Virus record (IMG/VR): IMGVR_UViG_3300008255_000082
Location: 1 to 34,959 of that record
Length of the DNA: 34,959 nucleotides
Reading direction: 5' to 3' (one strand)
Origin: a virus
Lineage: Duplodnaviria > Caudoviricetes
Shown here: positions 34,375 through 34,959 of the stretch, one piece after another
Layout of the letters: every line of letters starts with the position of its first letter
How positions within the stretch are numbered: position 1 is the stretch's first letter
Position numbers and translations under genes: made by a program
The notes under the pieces: model-generated
The model's input: the letters and a program-made list of their open reading frames with translations, nothing else
The model's database searches: none
Told to the model about the DNA's origin: nothing

Positions 34375-34959
34375 ATGGGAGCAGGAAGAAACGTTTTAGG
34401 AGTTGTAAGTAAAAAATTACATGAGACAATCACAGTAGATACTAATAAGAAGATTCAGTTTAGAGATACTGGTATTTACATTCAATCGGGATCAGATGGG
34501 AAAATTACTATTAGTTCGGATGGTGGTGGTGCAGATGATATTACGTTAAGTGGTGGTGTTACCGTAAGTGGAGATTTAGCCATTACCGGAGATTTGAACT
34601 TTGGGGATGTATCAACTGATAATATTACTGTTACTGGTGATTTGATCATTACAGATGATAATAAGCTTCACCTTGGAACGGGAGAGGATGTATCTTTTGA
34701 GTTTGATGAGGATGGAACAGATGATCTTAGAGTCACTACTGCATCCGCTTTAGGTGTTGGTTGGCTGACTACCCTTGGATCTGGAACGGCTACTGGTGCA
34801 GGTGGAGCGTTTACGCTTACTGGTGGTGCTGGTGGAGCTACAAGCGGTGCCGGAGGAGCTGGAGGAGCTGGAAGTAGCTTGGTATTAACCGCTGGTGATG
34901 GTGGAGCTGATAGTGAAGGAGGTTCTGGAACTGGAGGAGTTGGTGGAAGTATTACTTTA
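34375..34959 (+). CDS. N-terminal part of a Gly-rich putative head fibre/decoration protein (about 292 aa; continues into 1..417)
   Basis: ATG at 34375 after GGGGA; open frame MGAGRNVLG... to the window end; in frame with position 1 across the overlap; follows the capsid and decoration genes. Confidence 0.8.
   Translation, partial: MGAGRNVLGVVSKKLHETITVDTNKKIQFRDTGIYIQSGSDGKITISSDGGGADDITLSGGVTVSGDLAITGDLNFGDVSTDNITVTGDLIITDDNKLHLGTGEDVSFEFDEDGTDDLRVTTASALGVGWLTTLGSGTATGAGGAFTLTGGAGGATSGAGGAGGAGSSLVLTAGDGGADSEGGSGTGGVGGSITL
34837..34959. repeat. Terminal direct repeat copy (same as 1..123)
   Basis: Exact 123-bp match to the window start. Confidence 0.95.

Noticed and set aside
1-34959. Alternative genetic code
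   Set aside because: Standard-code ORFs tile the genome densely, and TAA, TAG and TGA all act as coupled stops.

Overview
This window looks like a complete, circularly closed genome (about 34,836 bp plus a 123-bp end overlap) of an HK97-lineage head-tail virus with siphovirus-type tail genes. The host is very probably an archaeon. Support for that: BRE/TATA promoters, GGTGA/GGAGG ribosome-binding sites, oligo-T terminators, sequon-saturated exported proteins and no endolysin. A DPANN/Woesearchaeota-like host is an inference. All credible genes are on the + strand. Order from 26.3 kb round the circle: ParB-like, terS, terL, portal-MuF fusion, protease/scaffold, major capsid, decoration and a Gly-rich fibre spanning the junction. 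Then come the adaptor, four signal-peptide or membrane proteins (two densely packed with N-glycosylation sequons), stopper, gp10-like neck, terminator, tail tube, frameshifted chaperone, short tape measure, Dit and hub/needle. After these lie a structured non-coding control region, early genes (RHH, HTH, Zn-finger, nuclease, J-domain) and an A-rich island at about 23.2-26.25 kb with two DNA methyltransferases. I recognised no polymerase, primase, helicase or integrase. The most notable signal is that the A-rich island is built like an integron cassette array with non-canonical sites. Genes start just after (G/A)TTRRRY-like cores, and two genes end in covarying branched hairpins. The left arm of each hairpin pairs better with the start of its own cassette than with its current neighbour. 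All calls are by eye; no searches were run.
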